36,386 bases of DNA from Octopus bimaculoides (GCF_001194135.2 NC_068994.1:10992858-11029243); one strand, 5' to 3'; positions 1-12,218 are shown, counted from the stretch's first letter. The notes: a model not told the origin generated them from the sequence alone. A program made the numbers and translations.

Positions 1-44
<44 letters not shown>

Positions 45-47
<3 letters not shown>

Positions 48-356
48 TCACGTGAACAAAGGATAGACCAGACTGCCGGATGTTGTTATACACCTGTAGT
101 CAGGATGCGCTTTGCATTCTTTTAGTTTTCGTTTCAAATGATGCCACCCCGTTGGCTAGGCGACCGGGACAGCATGGTCCTTGATCGGAAAGCCAGTCTG
201 CCGTAGGCCTAAGCCATTTACAGTTGAGTGAACTGGATCAACGTGAAAGGAAGTGCTTTGGTCAAGAACACGACGAGCGACTCGCTCAAACAACCGAAAC
301 CACACTATGGTGATCGTGAAGGCAACACCTTAACCGCTGGGTCAAGGTGCCTTCAC
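45..356 (-). mobile_element. tRNA-derived CORE-type SINE, degenerate
   Basis: The reverse strand starts GTGAAGGCAC...CCCAGCGGTTAAGG (A-box-like). A CORE-like block follows (forward 219-275 TTACAGTTGAGTGAACTGGATCAACGTGAAAGGAAGTGCTTTGGTCAAGAACAC) that closely matches 556-605 and 36075-36122. The body ends at the (AT)n at the window start. Confidence 0.75.
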
Positions 357-369
357 ACAGACATACAAA

Positions 370-683
370 GGAATACTCTATCGGTTACGACGACGAGGGT
401 CCCAGCTGATACGATCAACGGAACAGCCCGTTCATGAAATTAACGTGTACGTAGCTGAGCAATCCACGGACACGTTTACCCCTAACGTAGTTCTCACGGA
501 GACTCAGCGTGACAAAGCTGGCCCTTTTGAAATACAGGTACTACTCATTTTTGCCAGCTGAGTGAACTGGAGCAATGTGAAATAAAGTGTCTTGCTCAAG
601 GACACAAGGCGTCGCCGGGAATCGAACTCACGACCTTACGAATGCGAGCCGAATGCCCTAACCACTCAGCCACGCGCCTTCAC
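370..683 (-). mobile_element. tRNA-derived CORE-type SINE, near full length
   Basis: The reverse strand reads GTGAAGGCGCGTGGCTGAGTGGTTAGGGC (A box)...GTGAGTTCGATTCCCGGCG (B box)...TGTGTCCTTGAGCAAGACACTTTATTTCAC (CORE-like). Its 3' tail (370-520) is the reverse complement of the tail of the 6761-7150 SINE. Confidence 0.9.
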
Positions 684-785
684 ACACACACATACACACA
701 TGCATGTATGTATGTATGTATGTATGTATGTATGTATGTTTGTATGTAACAATACATATATGTTTGAATGTATGTATGCATGCGT

Positions 786-817
<32 letters not shown>

Positions 818-1449
818 ATTTACATGGAAGTATGTTGAATTAATGAGTAAAAGAGTAGCAAATACGTGTTGTAGTGAAAAAGGTTATTTAAGCTAGATGC
901 TTATCTCGCTGCAAGAGTTTCACACCGCTGCGATCTTCGGACAAGTGTAACTGGATTCGCGTGATAAATATTTAATCGTCAGATTCTCTACATGCTTATG
1001 AAAATACATATATAAGATATACATAAATACATATATACATACACGCATGCATACATACGTACATATGTACAAATATACATACATAAATGCACATACATAC
1101 ATGCGTACGTACGTACAAATAAGCATGCATAAAAATACACACACACATGTATGTATTACATATACATATATACATACATATAGTTGAGTATACATATGCA
1201 AATATATCACGCTTATACAGAGGGAGGTCAGTATCTACGCACCTCTTTCTGTCTATCTATATATGGATATATATGCGCTTATCTGTCTATCTATCTATCT
1301 ATCTATCTATCTAACTAACAGTATATCTGTTTATCGATCTGTCTGTCTGTCTATCTATGTATCTATCTATCTACGTATCTTTATATATATATGTAAATAT
1401 GTACGTATACATGCACATATAAATATGTATTTATATATATATTTATGCA

Positions 1450-1482
<33 letters not shown>

Positions 1483-1682
1483 ACATACATTCATGTATAC
1501 ATTGGCAAAAGCACACATATAGTTATGAATATTTACATATTTCTAGATACGTATAACTCTTTTGAATATATATGTTCGTGCGTGTGCATTTCCACTTTTG
1601 GTGTGCGAAATTATTTTACATAATGTATGAAATCTTCTATAGATATATATCGACATACACACACCAATATGCATATGTGCAC

Positions 1683-1723
<41 letters not shown>

Positions 1724-2464
1724 TGTATGTATGTATATATATTTATATATATATATATANNNNNNNNNNNNNNNNNNNNNNNNNNNNNNNNNNNNNNNNN
1801 NNNNNNNNNNNNNNNNNNNNNNNNNNNNNNNNNNNNNNNNNNNNNNNNNNNNNNNNNNNNNNNNNNNNNNNNNNNNNNNNNNNNNNNNNNNNNNNNNNNN
1901 NNNNNNNNNNNNNNNNNNNNNNNNNNNNNNNNNNNNNNNNNNNNNNNNNNNNNNNNNNNNNNNNNNNNNNNNNNNNNNNNNNNNNNNNNNNNNNNNNNNN
2001 NNNNNNNNNNNNNNNNNNNNNNNNNNNNNNNNNNNNNNNNNNNNNNNNNNNNNNNNNNNNNNNNNNNNNNNNNNNNNNNNNNNNNNNNNNNNNNNNNNNN
2101 NNNNNNNNNNNNNNNNNNNNNNNNNNNNNNNNNNNNNNNNNNNNNNNNNNNNNNNNNNNNNNNNNNNNNNNNNNNNNNNNNNNNNNNNNNNNNNNNNNNN
2201 NNNNNNNNNNNNNCCCCCCTCTCATCACCCCACCCCTCCACAAACACTCTCCCGTCCAACTCTCTGTCACATTCACACACAAACGCACTCGATAAGAGAC
2301 GGAAACAAATTCCTATAAGCACGCATACATATAAACATGATATATATGCTATTTGATATTGTGATATTTCTCCTCTGTATATGCGTATGCAAACACAATA
2401 TACTTGTATATATATATACATATATGTGTGTATGTATGTGTGTGTGTGTGTGTGTACGCGTGTG

Positions 2465-2505
<41 letters not shown>

Positions 2506-2578
2506 ATGTGTGTGTGTATGCATACAGATATCTGTAATATATCTATATCTATATGTAATATATATATTTATGTATACA

Positions 2579-2614
<36 letters not shown>

Positions 2615-4149
2615 TANNNNNNNNNNNNNNNNNNNNNNNNNNNNNNNNNNNNNNNNNNNNNNNNNNNNNNNNNNNNNATATATGCACATATGTTTACATA
2701 TATACATATATTTATGCGTGTATATTTGTATGCATATATTTATATATTCAATTTTATATGTTAGCGTTTTGTGATTGTATGTGTATCATCACACGTTGAC
2801 ACATATATATGCATAGTTACATACACATACATACACATACATATGCATACATATGCATACATATGCATAAATATGCGCACGCACACAGATGCACGCACAC
2901 TCTCAAACATATGTAGATATGTATGTTTATATATCTCTGTATATAGACACATATATACATACATACATACATACATACATACATACATACATACATACAT
3001 ACATACATACATGCATATGTAGAATCTTGTATTTCTCTAGGCACCTAATGGTATATGTATATATGTATATATGTATATATGTTTGACTTACTCATAAATG
3101 TGGAGTCTTATACTTACAATGTATATGTGTATATATACAAACGTATCTATACATTGTGCTTATGTATATAATGCCCTGAGGATTTTCTGAAATATCACGA
3201 TTTGACAGTTCCATCTCTCTGACACCATTTCAATACCATAACCTGCNNNNNNNNNNNNNNNNNNNNNNNNNNNNNNNNNNNNNNNNNNNNNNNNNNNNNN
3301 NNNNNNNNNNNNNNNNNNNNNNNNNNNNNNNNNNNNNNNNNNNNNNNNNNNNNNNNNNNNNNNNNNNNNNNNNNNNNNNNNNNNNNNNNNNNNNNNNNNN
3401 NNNNNNNNNNNNNNNNNNNNNNNNNNNNNNNNNNNNNNNNNNNNNNNNNNNNNNNNNNNNNNNNNNNNNNNNNNNNNNNNNNNNNNNNNNNNNNNNNNNN
3501 NNNNNNNNNNNNNNNNNNNNNNNNNNNNNNNNNNNNNNNNNNNNNNNNNNNNNNNNNNNNNNNNNNNNNNNNNNNNNNNNNNNNNNNNNNNNNNNNNNNN
3601 NNNNNNNNNNNNNNNNNNNNNNNNNNNNNNNNNNNNNNNNNNNNNNNNNNNNNNNNNNNNNNNNNNNNNNNNNNNNNNNNNNNNNNNNNNNNNNNNNNNN
3701 NNNNNNNNNNNNNNNNNNNNNNNNNNNNNNNNNNNNNNNNNNNNNNNNNNNNNNNNNNNNNNNNNNNNNNNNNNNNNNNNNNNNNNNNNNNNNNNNNNNN
3801 NNNNNNNNNNNNNNNNNNNNNNNNNNNNNNNNNNNNNNNNNNNNNNNNNNNNNNNNNNNNNNNNNNNNNNNNNNNNNNNNNNNNNNNNNNNNNNNNNNNN
3901 NNNNNNNNNNNNNNNNNNNNNNNNNNNNNNNNNNNNNNNNNNNNNNNNNNNNNNNNNNNNNNNNNNNNNNNNNNNNNNNNNNNNNCACGCACGCACACAC
4001 ACACACATGCACACATAAATACATATAAATTTTCTAGAGAGAGTCAGATAATTATTTCATTGGGACAGTGGGTCTCGTAGCACATAAGGCTATAAATGAC
4101 ACCATGTAAATATTGAACTGAAAAACTGCGTTGGACAGAAAATGTCGAA

Positions 4150-4222
4150 GGCTCTCCGTGGAACACGAACCCACAGCCCCTGTAAACTTGACAGATGTTC
4201 TACCATTGTACAAAAGCAGTCC
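4150..4222 (-). pseudogene. tRNA-Thr(AGT)-like pseudogene or tRNA-derived SINE head
   Basis: Reverse strand GGACTGCTTTTGTACAATGGTAGAACATCTGTCAAGTTTACAGGGGCTGTGGGTTCGTGTTCCACGGAGAGCC. It has a D-arm-like GTAC-AATGGTA-GAAC, an anticodon stem CTGT/ACAG with AGT central in the loop, and a T-arm GTGGG-TTCGTGT-TCCAC. The acceptor stem pairs poorly, so it is not a functional tRNA. Confidence 0.55.
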
Positions 4223-4256
<34 letters not shown>

Positions 4257-4259
<3 letters not shown>

Positions 4260-5430
4260 CAGTATACTAACTAAAGGATTAAAATTTACCCCAACCCCAC
4301 AAAGATCTAACCAGAATGAAATTAAAGACAATATTTCAGAATTCTGAAGAAAACTACGACTTTCAGAAGCACTAACTAACTACAACGTGTATGAATCACT
4401 GGTTAAAAACAGAAGCAATTATCTTCCACCCGAGGGCAGGAATAAAACACTTGATGATTTCTGCGATCATATCTCAAATTTTCCAAATACTTTCCGTAAG
4501 CAAATGGTTAATTCAAACTTCAACAATTTAAAATGGAAAAATCTAACTGAACTGCAAAACGACAAAGAACTGGCAACTAAAGAAGCAGACAAAAGAACTG
4601 CTGCAGTCCTCATGGACACAGAATACTACAAAAACTTAGTATTATCCATGCTAGTAGACAATACTTTGTACGAAAAAGTTGTAAACGATAAACAACAAAG
4701 AAACAAGGAAAAATTTTGTATCCTTAATGCATCAACACGGAAAAAGTGTGACAGAAAAAGAAATAGATTATATCACGAACTTTAAATGTAAACCTAGTCA
4801 TTTTTACGTCCTACCTAAAATACACAAGAGTAAGATAGTTAATGAAACCTGCAAGCAACCACCTGGCAAACGTATAAATATCCCAGCGTCAGAAGATTTA
4901 AAGTTAAGACCCATCATAGCTGGCCCAGCCTGTGGAAGCCACCGCCTAAGTAATTTTCTAGACATCCTACTGAAACCCGAGCTGAAATAGATCAAAAGTT
5001 TCATTAGAGATGATCTAGATATGTTTGAACACCTACCAAAAACAACTAATGAACAGGCATTATTGGTTTCCTTCGATGTTATTAATCTTTACACCAACAT
5101 CCCACATGACTATGGAATAGGAACAATAAAATTCTGGCAGGAAAAGTAACCCCGAAGAACTTCCGGAACGCATAAACCAGGTTTTTATTATTGAATCTTT
5201 AAAATTTATACTTCAGAACAATTATTTCCTATTTGATGACACCTACTATTGTCAAAAAGGCGGAATTGCGATGGGAACGAAAACAGCCCATGTATTTGCG
5301 AATCTAATAATGGGATATTTTGAATTCACCAGATATGAAGTGTCACTTCAAAAATATGGATATCCATTTCACCATTATATAAGAGAAAACTGGAAAAGGT
5401 ATCTGGATGACTGCTTTATCATTTGGAATG
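4257..5430 (+). mobile_element. Penelope-like element (PLE) reverse transcriptase, pseudogenised and 3'-truncated
   Basis: Frame-shifted translation gives ILTKGLKFTPTP...KEADKRTAAVLMD...FYVLPKIHK...LRPII...LLVSFDVINLYTNIP...GIAMGTKTAHVFANLIMG...RYLDDCFIIWN (YLDD at 5400-5411). This is the PLE RT motif order. In-frame stops and frameshifts are present. Confidence 0.93.
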
Positions 5431-5679
5431 TAGAGTAAAATTATTTCAGACTTTAGAAAGTTCTATGCATGTAGCAACGCTACACATCTACGACTTTCGA
5501 GTCCATGAACACGATCGCTAAACAACTTGAACGCCTAGAAAGTTTAGAAATTGCTAGTCTGTGTATGTATGTATGTATGTATGTATGTATGTACAAAAAA
5601 AAAGGAAGACTTAGATTAATAGATTAAACTCACATTCACACGCACTCCTTCTTTGGTTTTTCTTGGACAATACTATACA

Positions 5680-6660
5680 GACAGCAGATACAGAAACGTT
5701 GTAATTGAAGTTTGTATTTTAAAAATCATTTCTAAGAAAATTTCCTACGTGGATTCAAAAAGTATGGCAGTTAGAAAATAATAGACGCAGCTGGAGACCA
5801 TCAACTCTGACCACTTATACGAATCCTCAGTGAATGGACAAATCGATTCGTGCAGACAGATGAGTCATAAACCGCAAACTCGCTGCACAACTGGACTGCG
5901 TCCACAATGCATTACAGAATATGATGGAAGACCTTTGATACTGAATAGTGTGGGCAAAGTGTATACCTTGGGAGTTGATAATCGATTTCTAGGAATGAAG
6001 GTTGGAAGTGGAAGTCTGCTTTGTTATGCTGAAAGCGTTTGAAGCCAATGAAACTAGGTTTCTTTCGCAGGTTTCGTGATAGGGAACAAAACGCGTGAAT
6101 ATTTTTTTTATAATCAAGGAGTCTCAGTCCGTGGAATGGCGGCTCAGCTCTTCTCCAAGAACTAAGAATTTCACGAATCATTGATTGGCATAGAAAACTA
6201 CCTCGTCTGCTTACGGGATGATATGGATTACATTCTCTTTGAAATTCTGAAATGTGGTTGTGTCGTTAATTGTGAGGGGTACATTGAAATACTTGAAAAT
6301 ACTTTCAGAAGCCATTAAGAGGAAAGTGCCGAACAAAAGTTTGGAAACGATTTCCATTCCCTACGACAATATGCAGTCATACAATCTTTGGCAACAAATC
6401 AGGCTATCAGCAAATCGATCTGGCCAGTGGCTTCACACTCACTGGACAGCCTGCGTTTTTGTATCTTCCAACTTCCTCCTATTCGGCTCAGTGAGGGACG
6501 AAATTCGTGGACAAGATTTGATCACATAGTAAGGGTGAAAATGGTTCAATAACTGTGGTACGACAGCGCATATTTAAGTTTTTCGAATGGGATTCACAAC
6601 TTGGGTTCAACGATGGGGCAAATGCATCGCTACTAAGAGAAATTATATTGAGCAGCACCT
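5680..6660 (+). mobile_element. mariner (Tc1/mariner) transposase relic, heavily degenerate
   Basis: Fragments GRPSTLT, FVIGNKTR (for IVTGDETW), KESQSVEWRLSSSPRTKNF, EAIKRKVP...IPYDNMQS (for HDNARPH), SSNFLLFGSVRDEIRGQ and VQRWGKCIATKRNYIEQ occur in mariner order with many frameshifts. TIRs not identified. Confidence 0.85.
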
Positions 6661-6760
6661 TTCTATAGAGAAAGAGTGTGCTACTAATTTAGGTAGTTTG
6701 AGTTACTGATGTCAGTTGACAAGAAAGTTATGCATATACTTACTACACTACTATGCTTGT

Positions 6761-7150
6761 GTGGAGGTGCAATGGCCCAATGGTTAGGGCAGCAGACTCG
6801 TGGTCATAGGATCGCGGTTTCGATTCCCAGACCGGGCGTTGTGAGTGCTTATTGAGCGAAAACACCTAAAGCACCACGAGGCTCCGGCAGGGGATGGTGG
6901 CGAACCCTGCTGTACTCTTCCACCACAACTTTCTCTCACTCTTACTTCCTGTTTCTGTTGTGCCTGCAATTCAAAGGGTCAGCCTTGTCACACTGTATCA
7001 CGCCGAATATCCCCGAGAACTACGTTAAGGGTACACGTGTCTGTGGAGTGCTCAGTCACTTGCACGTTAATTTCACGAGCAGGCTGTTCCGTTGATCGGA
7101 TCAACTGGAACCCTCGAAGTCGTAAGCGACGGAGTGCCAACAACAATAAT
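6761..7150 (+). mobile_element. Full-length tRNA-derived SINE
   Basis: A box TGGCCCAATGGTTAGG, B box GGTTTCGATTCCC, and a CORE-like GTTGTGAGTGCTTATTGAGCGAAAACAC. The 3' tail (GAGAACTACGTTAAGGG...CTGGAACCCTCG) is shared with the 370-683 copy, and the element ends in (AAC/AAT)n. Confidence 0.88.
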
Positions 7151-7727
7151 ACTATGCTTGTATTTACTTTCACTTACCAACAATGCTATAACTGAAGAGT
7201 ATAAACAGACAGGGAGGTTTCTGAGCGTTATGGATTGATTAACATATGGACCTTGGCAACGTGTTCTCCTCGTTCGTAGTTTCTAGTAATATTAACCACG
7301 AGATAGCGCGAGAGACAGGGTAGGTAAATGAAATATAACTCCAGTAAATGGAAAGTACTTTTACAGATTCAAACAAACAAACGAAAGAATTATGAAAATC
7401 ACACAGAGCCCTACTAAGTCGTACAGACAAGTAGATTACGGAAAATCGACAGGATGTTGTTGTCAAAGGCAATCAGGAAAGGAAGTGGAACATGATCGAT
7501 ATCATTAATATCAGTAGATGATAATTTATCACTGAAAGAAATAGAGAATTTATCTTTCAGGAAATAATATATCCTAAATTATGGTTGAAATATTTAAGAG
7601 GTGGGCATGAAAGTCGAGCATAAATGTTTAATAACATATTGGAAAAGCCGGAAAGAAATTAACATCTCCCGGAAGTGAAAACTATGTTAAAACACTAAAG
7701 AAGCAACAAATCTTCACACCAACAGAT

Positions 7728-7795
7728 CCAACGATCGTGAGGTTGTGAGTTCGATTCCCGGACCAGGCTGCGTGTTGAGTTCTTGAGCAAGACCC
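7728..7795 (+). mobile_element. SINE head fragment (B box and start of CORE)
   Basis: GAGTTCGATTCCCGGACC (B box, 7747-7759) followed by GTGTTGAGTTCTTGAGCAAGAC. The A box is missing and the fragment stops abruptly at the LINE 3' end that follows. Confidence 0.7.
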
Positions 7796-7799
7796 CCGG

Positions 7800-7965
7800 T
7801 AGCACTGCCAATAATAGTATTGCTTGGAACTGCAAGAATTCTTATTGCTTGGAACAGCATGAATTCCCCGCAGGGTTCTTGAAGCATGACCAGTAAACAA
7901 GTGTCATCTTAGTATGGACAGCTGATACTTTCCACATATCTAGCAAAGTAAGCTGTGAGTTTTCA
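7800..7965 (+). mobile_element. 3' end of R4/Dong-like (RLE-type) non-LTR retrotransposon
   Basis: Translates VLLGTARIL and then LLGTA*IPRRVLEA*, matching the LLGTARILR.VL C-terminal motif of R4/Dong-type elements. A short 3' UTR runs directly into (TAA)n. Confidence 0.75.
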
Positions 7966-7969
7966 TAAC

Positions 7970-8065
<96 letters not shown>

Positions 8066-8081
8066 GTAATAATAATAATAA
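7966..8081. repeat. (TAA)n microsatellite, LINE tail or target
   Basis: Near-perfect AAT array directly after the LINE 3' UTR. Confidence 0.97.
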
Positions 8082-8852
8082 AGAGAAGAATATTGAGCTT
8101 AATAATGTTGGAGGTGATGTAGGTATTGAAAACTATCCTCGAGTTGTCTTGTATTCATATGTCACAAAACGTTGGTTTGAATCTGAGTCCAAGGCAGACA
8201 AAGTAATCAAGAGCGCTGGAGACCTGTATAAGAATAAGAATGATAATAATCTTTGTAAAAACTTCTATTTTGATTTTCATAATTTATCTCTCTCTGTTTC
8301 TCTTTCTCCGCTTCTCTCTGTCTCTCTCTTTCTTTCTTTCTTGCTACATTTTCCGATGTAAAAACAAAACTATACCACATGATTCTCATAAATAATGTTA
8401 ACATCGACACAACACTGATGATATCCAAGTTAGATCAAAATAGGCATACGAAATGTTATGATTATTTTATTATCTTTATTTTAAAGAAATAAATATATTA
8501 ATAAGATTCTGCTGCTGAATTTTAATTATTAATACTATGAAGTAACTAAGTATGAAATAATCTCTCTTTCTCTCCCTCTATCTTTCTCTCTCTATCCCTT
8601 TATATATCTATCTCTTTCTCTCTGTCATCCTCTCTCAAACAAAATATTTCCATCTTTCTTTACAAAAACGGCAATCACAGATGCATACACAAATACGTTT
8701 ACACTGCATTGTACACTCATATTAAAAATATTACAATATTTACATGCATACACGTACCCATTTTTTATATATATAACATGTATGCGTATATTTAAAATAA
8801 CATATATATATGTATAAATGTAAGATCCGATGATATATATATATATATACAC

Positions 8853-8892
<40 letters not shown>

Positions 8893-9248
8893 NNNNNNNN
8901 NNNNNNNNNNNNNNNNNNNNNNNNNNNNNNNNNNNNNNNNNNNNNNNNNNNNNNNNNNNNNNNNNNNNNNNNNNNNNNNNNNNNNNNNNNNNNNNNNNNN
9001 NNNNNNNNNNNNNNNNNNNNNNNNNNNNNNNNNNNNNNNNNNNNNNNNNNNNNNNNNNNNNNNNNNNNNNNNNNNNNNNNNNNNNNNNNNNNNNNNNNNN
9101 NNNNNNNNNNNNNNNNNNNNNNNNNNNNNNNNNNNNNNNNNNNNNNNNNNNNNNNNNNNNNNNNNNNNNNNNNNNNNNNNNNNNNNNNNNNNNNNNNNNN
9201 NNNNNNNNNNNNNNNNNNNNNNNATATACATACACACACACACACACG

Positions 9249-9280
<32 letters not shown>

Positions 9281-9360
9281 CATATATATATACATACAAA
9301 CACACACACACACACACACACGTATATATCCATACAACCATATATATATATAAATATAAT

Positions 9361-11358
9361 CTGCAGTCCTTCCCCAAGCGATTCCATTCACTCAGCCTGG
9401 ATGCTAAAAGCTAAGCTTCTGACTTAGTCAGACCCAAGAACCTTATGAGGTCATTCGGTTCACGTTGATTTAGAAAGTGTGGGCAAGTACTCGTTCATGG
9501 CTCAAATGTTTCATCCATTTTTTCGTTTTCGCCACCGCAAGACTCTTCTGCTGAAACCTCAATCATATCCTTTACCTGAAAAAAATTAAAAGGTTGCATT
9601 TAATAGTTGAAACCTTAATAAGAATTCTATGTGTAATCACATATTATTTCAATATTGTTTCTGTTACAATGAATGCAATTTGAATTTGTTACTAACACTT
9701 TGATAGGATGTACTAACATTTTCTGGCAAGTTAGCACTTTCCGGTAAGTTATCATCATGTGACATAGGTGCAAAAGAGGATTGAATGCTGGGATACGGAA
9801 GGACTTTTCTTCCTTTAACTTTTCTATACTCTGATATATCAAACTTGCAAAAATAGCAACCATTGTGATGATTTTTTGGCTCTTGCCAAACTCTCAGAAC
9901 AGCAAAAAAGGCATAAGTTTTCTTACACCTCTAAGTCATCCACCTAAATTTGATCTAATGCATTTGGTAGACGGAAACTGAAAGAAACCCGTCGTATTTA
10001 TGTATATNNNNNNNNNNNNNNNNNNNNNNNNNNNNNNNNNNNNNNNNNNNNNNNNNNNNNNNNNNNNNNNNNNNNNNNNNNNNNNNNNNNNNNNNNNNNN
10101 NNNNNNNNNNNNNNNNNNNNNNNNNNNNNNNNNNNNNNNNNNNNNNNNNNNNNNNNNNNNNNNNNNNNNNNNNNNNNNNNNNNNNNNNNNNNNNNNNNNN
10201 NNNNNNNNNNNNNNNNNNNNNNNNNNNNNNNNNNNNNNNNNNNNNNNNNNNNNNNNNNNNNNNNNNNNNNNNNNNNNNNNNNNNNNNNNNNNNNNNNNNN
10301 NNNNNNNNNNNNNNNNNNNNNNNNNNNNNNNNNNNNNNNNNNNNNNNNNNNNNNNNNNNNNNNNNNNNNNNNNGTTTGTCCCCCCAACATCGCTTGACAA
10401 CCGATGCTGGTGTGTCTACGTCCTCGTAACCTAGCGGTTCGGCAAAAGAGACCGATAGAATAAGTACTAGGCTTCCAAAGAATAAGTCCTGGGGTCGATT
10501 TGCTCGACTAAAGGCGGTGCTCCAGCATGGCCGCAGTGAAATGACTGAAACAAGTAAAAGAGTAAAGAGTAAAGAGTATACCACTTGAGGGGCCCATGGT
10601 TTTTTTTGGTTACCCCAAAATACAGTCTATAAGCAATCCAGTACATAGCACCTTTCACAATTTTATATGTTATATGCTTTCTTTCAGCATAGTATCCACA
10701 CACATAACAGACCATATCTGGTGAATTTCTACATCTTTTTGTAGCCATAGTTAGGGAAATTCAATGTTTACAATAAAAACCTGAAAAGAAAGCAATGTAA
10801 GTGACAAATGTACAGTGCTTGTGATCAAACAGTGATCAAACAGGTATAGCCCCAAAACCAAATGGAACGCCGGACAAAAGTTGGAGGGCTGAGAGACAAA
10901 GAGCGCATCACTTCCTTTCACTAGCTATGGTTGACGCGAGAGCACTGAGGTGTCTCTGTTGAGTCTGTTGCGTGTAGCAGAAGGCGGTGACGACACTGCC
11001 TTTTCATTTAAACCTTTCAATACTTTTATACGAATAATGGAGGTAAAATATAAACTTTAGAAATGAATGATTTATTAGTAGAGTAGAAAAATATGTTTTA
11101 CAGCAAAAGTTACATCACGCAACAACCTGTGATTGAGTGATGTTAGAGCTTTTGTTTACACTGGCAGTTTCCAGATGTATGATGATGTGTGTATACGATG
11201 ATATGTGATGTATGAAGATATGTGTGTATTAGTATAATTCGATAGATCTCGCAAACGGTCGATGGTAGAGAAAAAATAGACACATTTTTGGAATCAGCAC
11301 ATATTTCTACATTAAAATCACTCAAAACAATAAGACAACCAAAACTTTTAACCCAGTG
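9361..11358 (-). mobile_element. Chapaev3-like (CMC superfamily) DNA transposon, 5' part, with predicted intron and nested SINE
   Basis: The terminus CACTGGG...ATATGTGCTGATTCCAAAAAT ends at 11358 next to TTA (TWA-type target). ATG at 10748 gives MATKRCRNSPDMVCYVCG...AYRLYFG..KPWAPQVV, then (after the SINE) VWQEPKNHHNGCYFC...YPSIQSSFAPMSHDDNLP, then (after the intron) PHFLNQREPNDLIRFLGLTKSEA*LLASRLSEWN. This is the Chapa zinc-finger pattern CxxCG / WAPH / WxEPxxHxxxCYFC. The second TIR is absent; the element is truncated at 9361. Confidence 0.8.
9958..10577 (+). mobile_element. 5'-truncated SINE with internal microsatellite/gap, nested in the Chapaev3 transposase
   Basis: TTTGGTAGACGGAAACTGAAAGAAACCCGTCGTAT matches 21445-21478. 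After the gap, the 3' half (GGTTCGGCAAAAGAGACCGATAG...GCGGTGCTCCAGCATGGCCGCAG) matches the reverse complement of 19335-19500. It ends in a (GAGTAAA)n tail, and the transposase frame is interrupted exactly here. Confidence 0.88.
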
Positions 11359-11949
11359 TTATTTATTGCATAACTAACAGAATATTAACTTTAATTAAAG
11401 GAAATCCAGCTAGTTATAATTCAGGAAAAATAATTTAAGGAAAAGCGCAGAGAATAACGTAGAAAATTTCCGAGAATGAAAGGGAAATGAAGTTGAGGAA
11501 GGAAGGGAAAAGAAAATAATTAATATATAGAGATAGCCATAATCGCAATAGGAGTAATCTTAACATGTAAATGCATAAATAGAAACAGAATTGCATAAAG
11601 CAAATGGAGAAAGTCGTCAACAATTTGATGGGAAGATGGCATTGACATTAAAAAATAAATGTGTATACTAGACTAATGAAAGTAGTTTTGGAAATAATAA
11701 ATACCAACATAAAGATATAGATGTAAAAATTTGTTAAATGTCGGAATTTAGGGAGATTAGTTATATAGCTGTAATTACGAGTTGAAAAAAATTACGAGTT
11801 GAAAGGCCAGAAATAATACAGAAGGAAAAACAGAACTAATATTCCGAAAAAAAAAAATCATGAATATTAGTGTTTCTATTAGCCAATATTGCCACAATCA
11901 TATTGAGAATGACGTAAATCAGTTAAAATTATATACGCTCAGTCGATAT

Positions 11950-12090
11950 GAGATCACCGTGTCGCGTACACATGGTTGTGATACATGTCCCTGGTGTACC
12001 CTTATTAGACGGGTAGTCATGATGAGTATGTTGGTGCTTCGTATATTTTACCCCAGTGTCACTTTGATAGCATGCACTGCTCTCTCACTC
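11950..12090 (+). mobile_element. Possible retroelement 3' end with (AAT)n tail
   Basis: A complex, relatively GC-rich block (...CACTTTGATAGCATGCACTGCTCTCTCACTC) ends abruptly in a long (AAT)n, the same layout as the R4-like ends. No coding motif is present, so the family is unassigned. Confidence 0.35.
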
Positions 12091-12136
<46 letters not shown>

Positions 12137-12160
12137 GTAATAATAATGATGATGATGATG

Positions 12161-12218
<58 letters not shown>

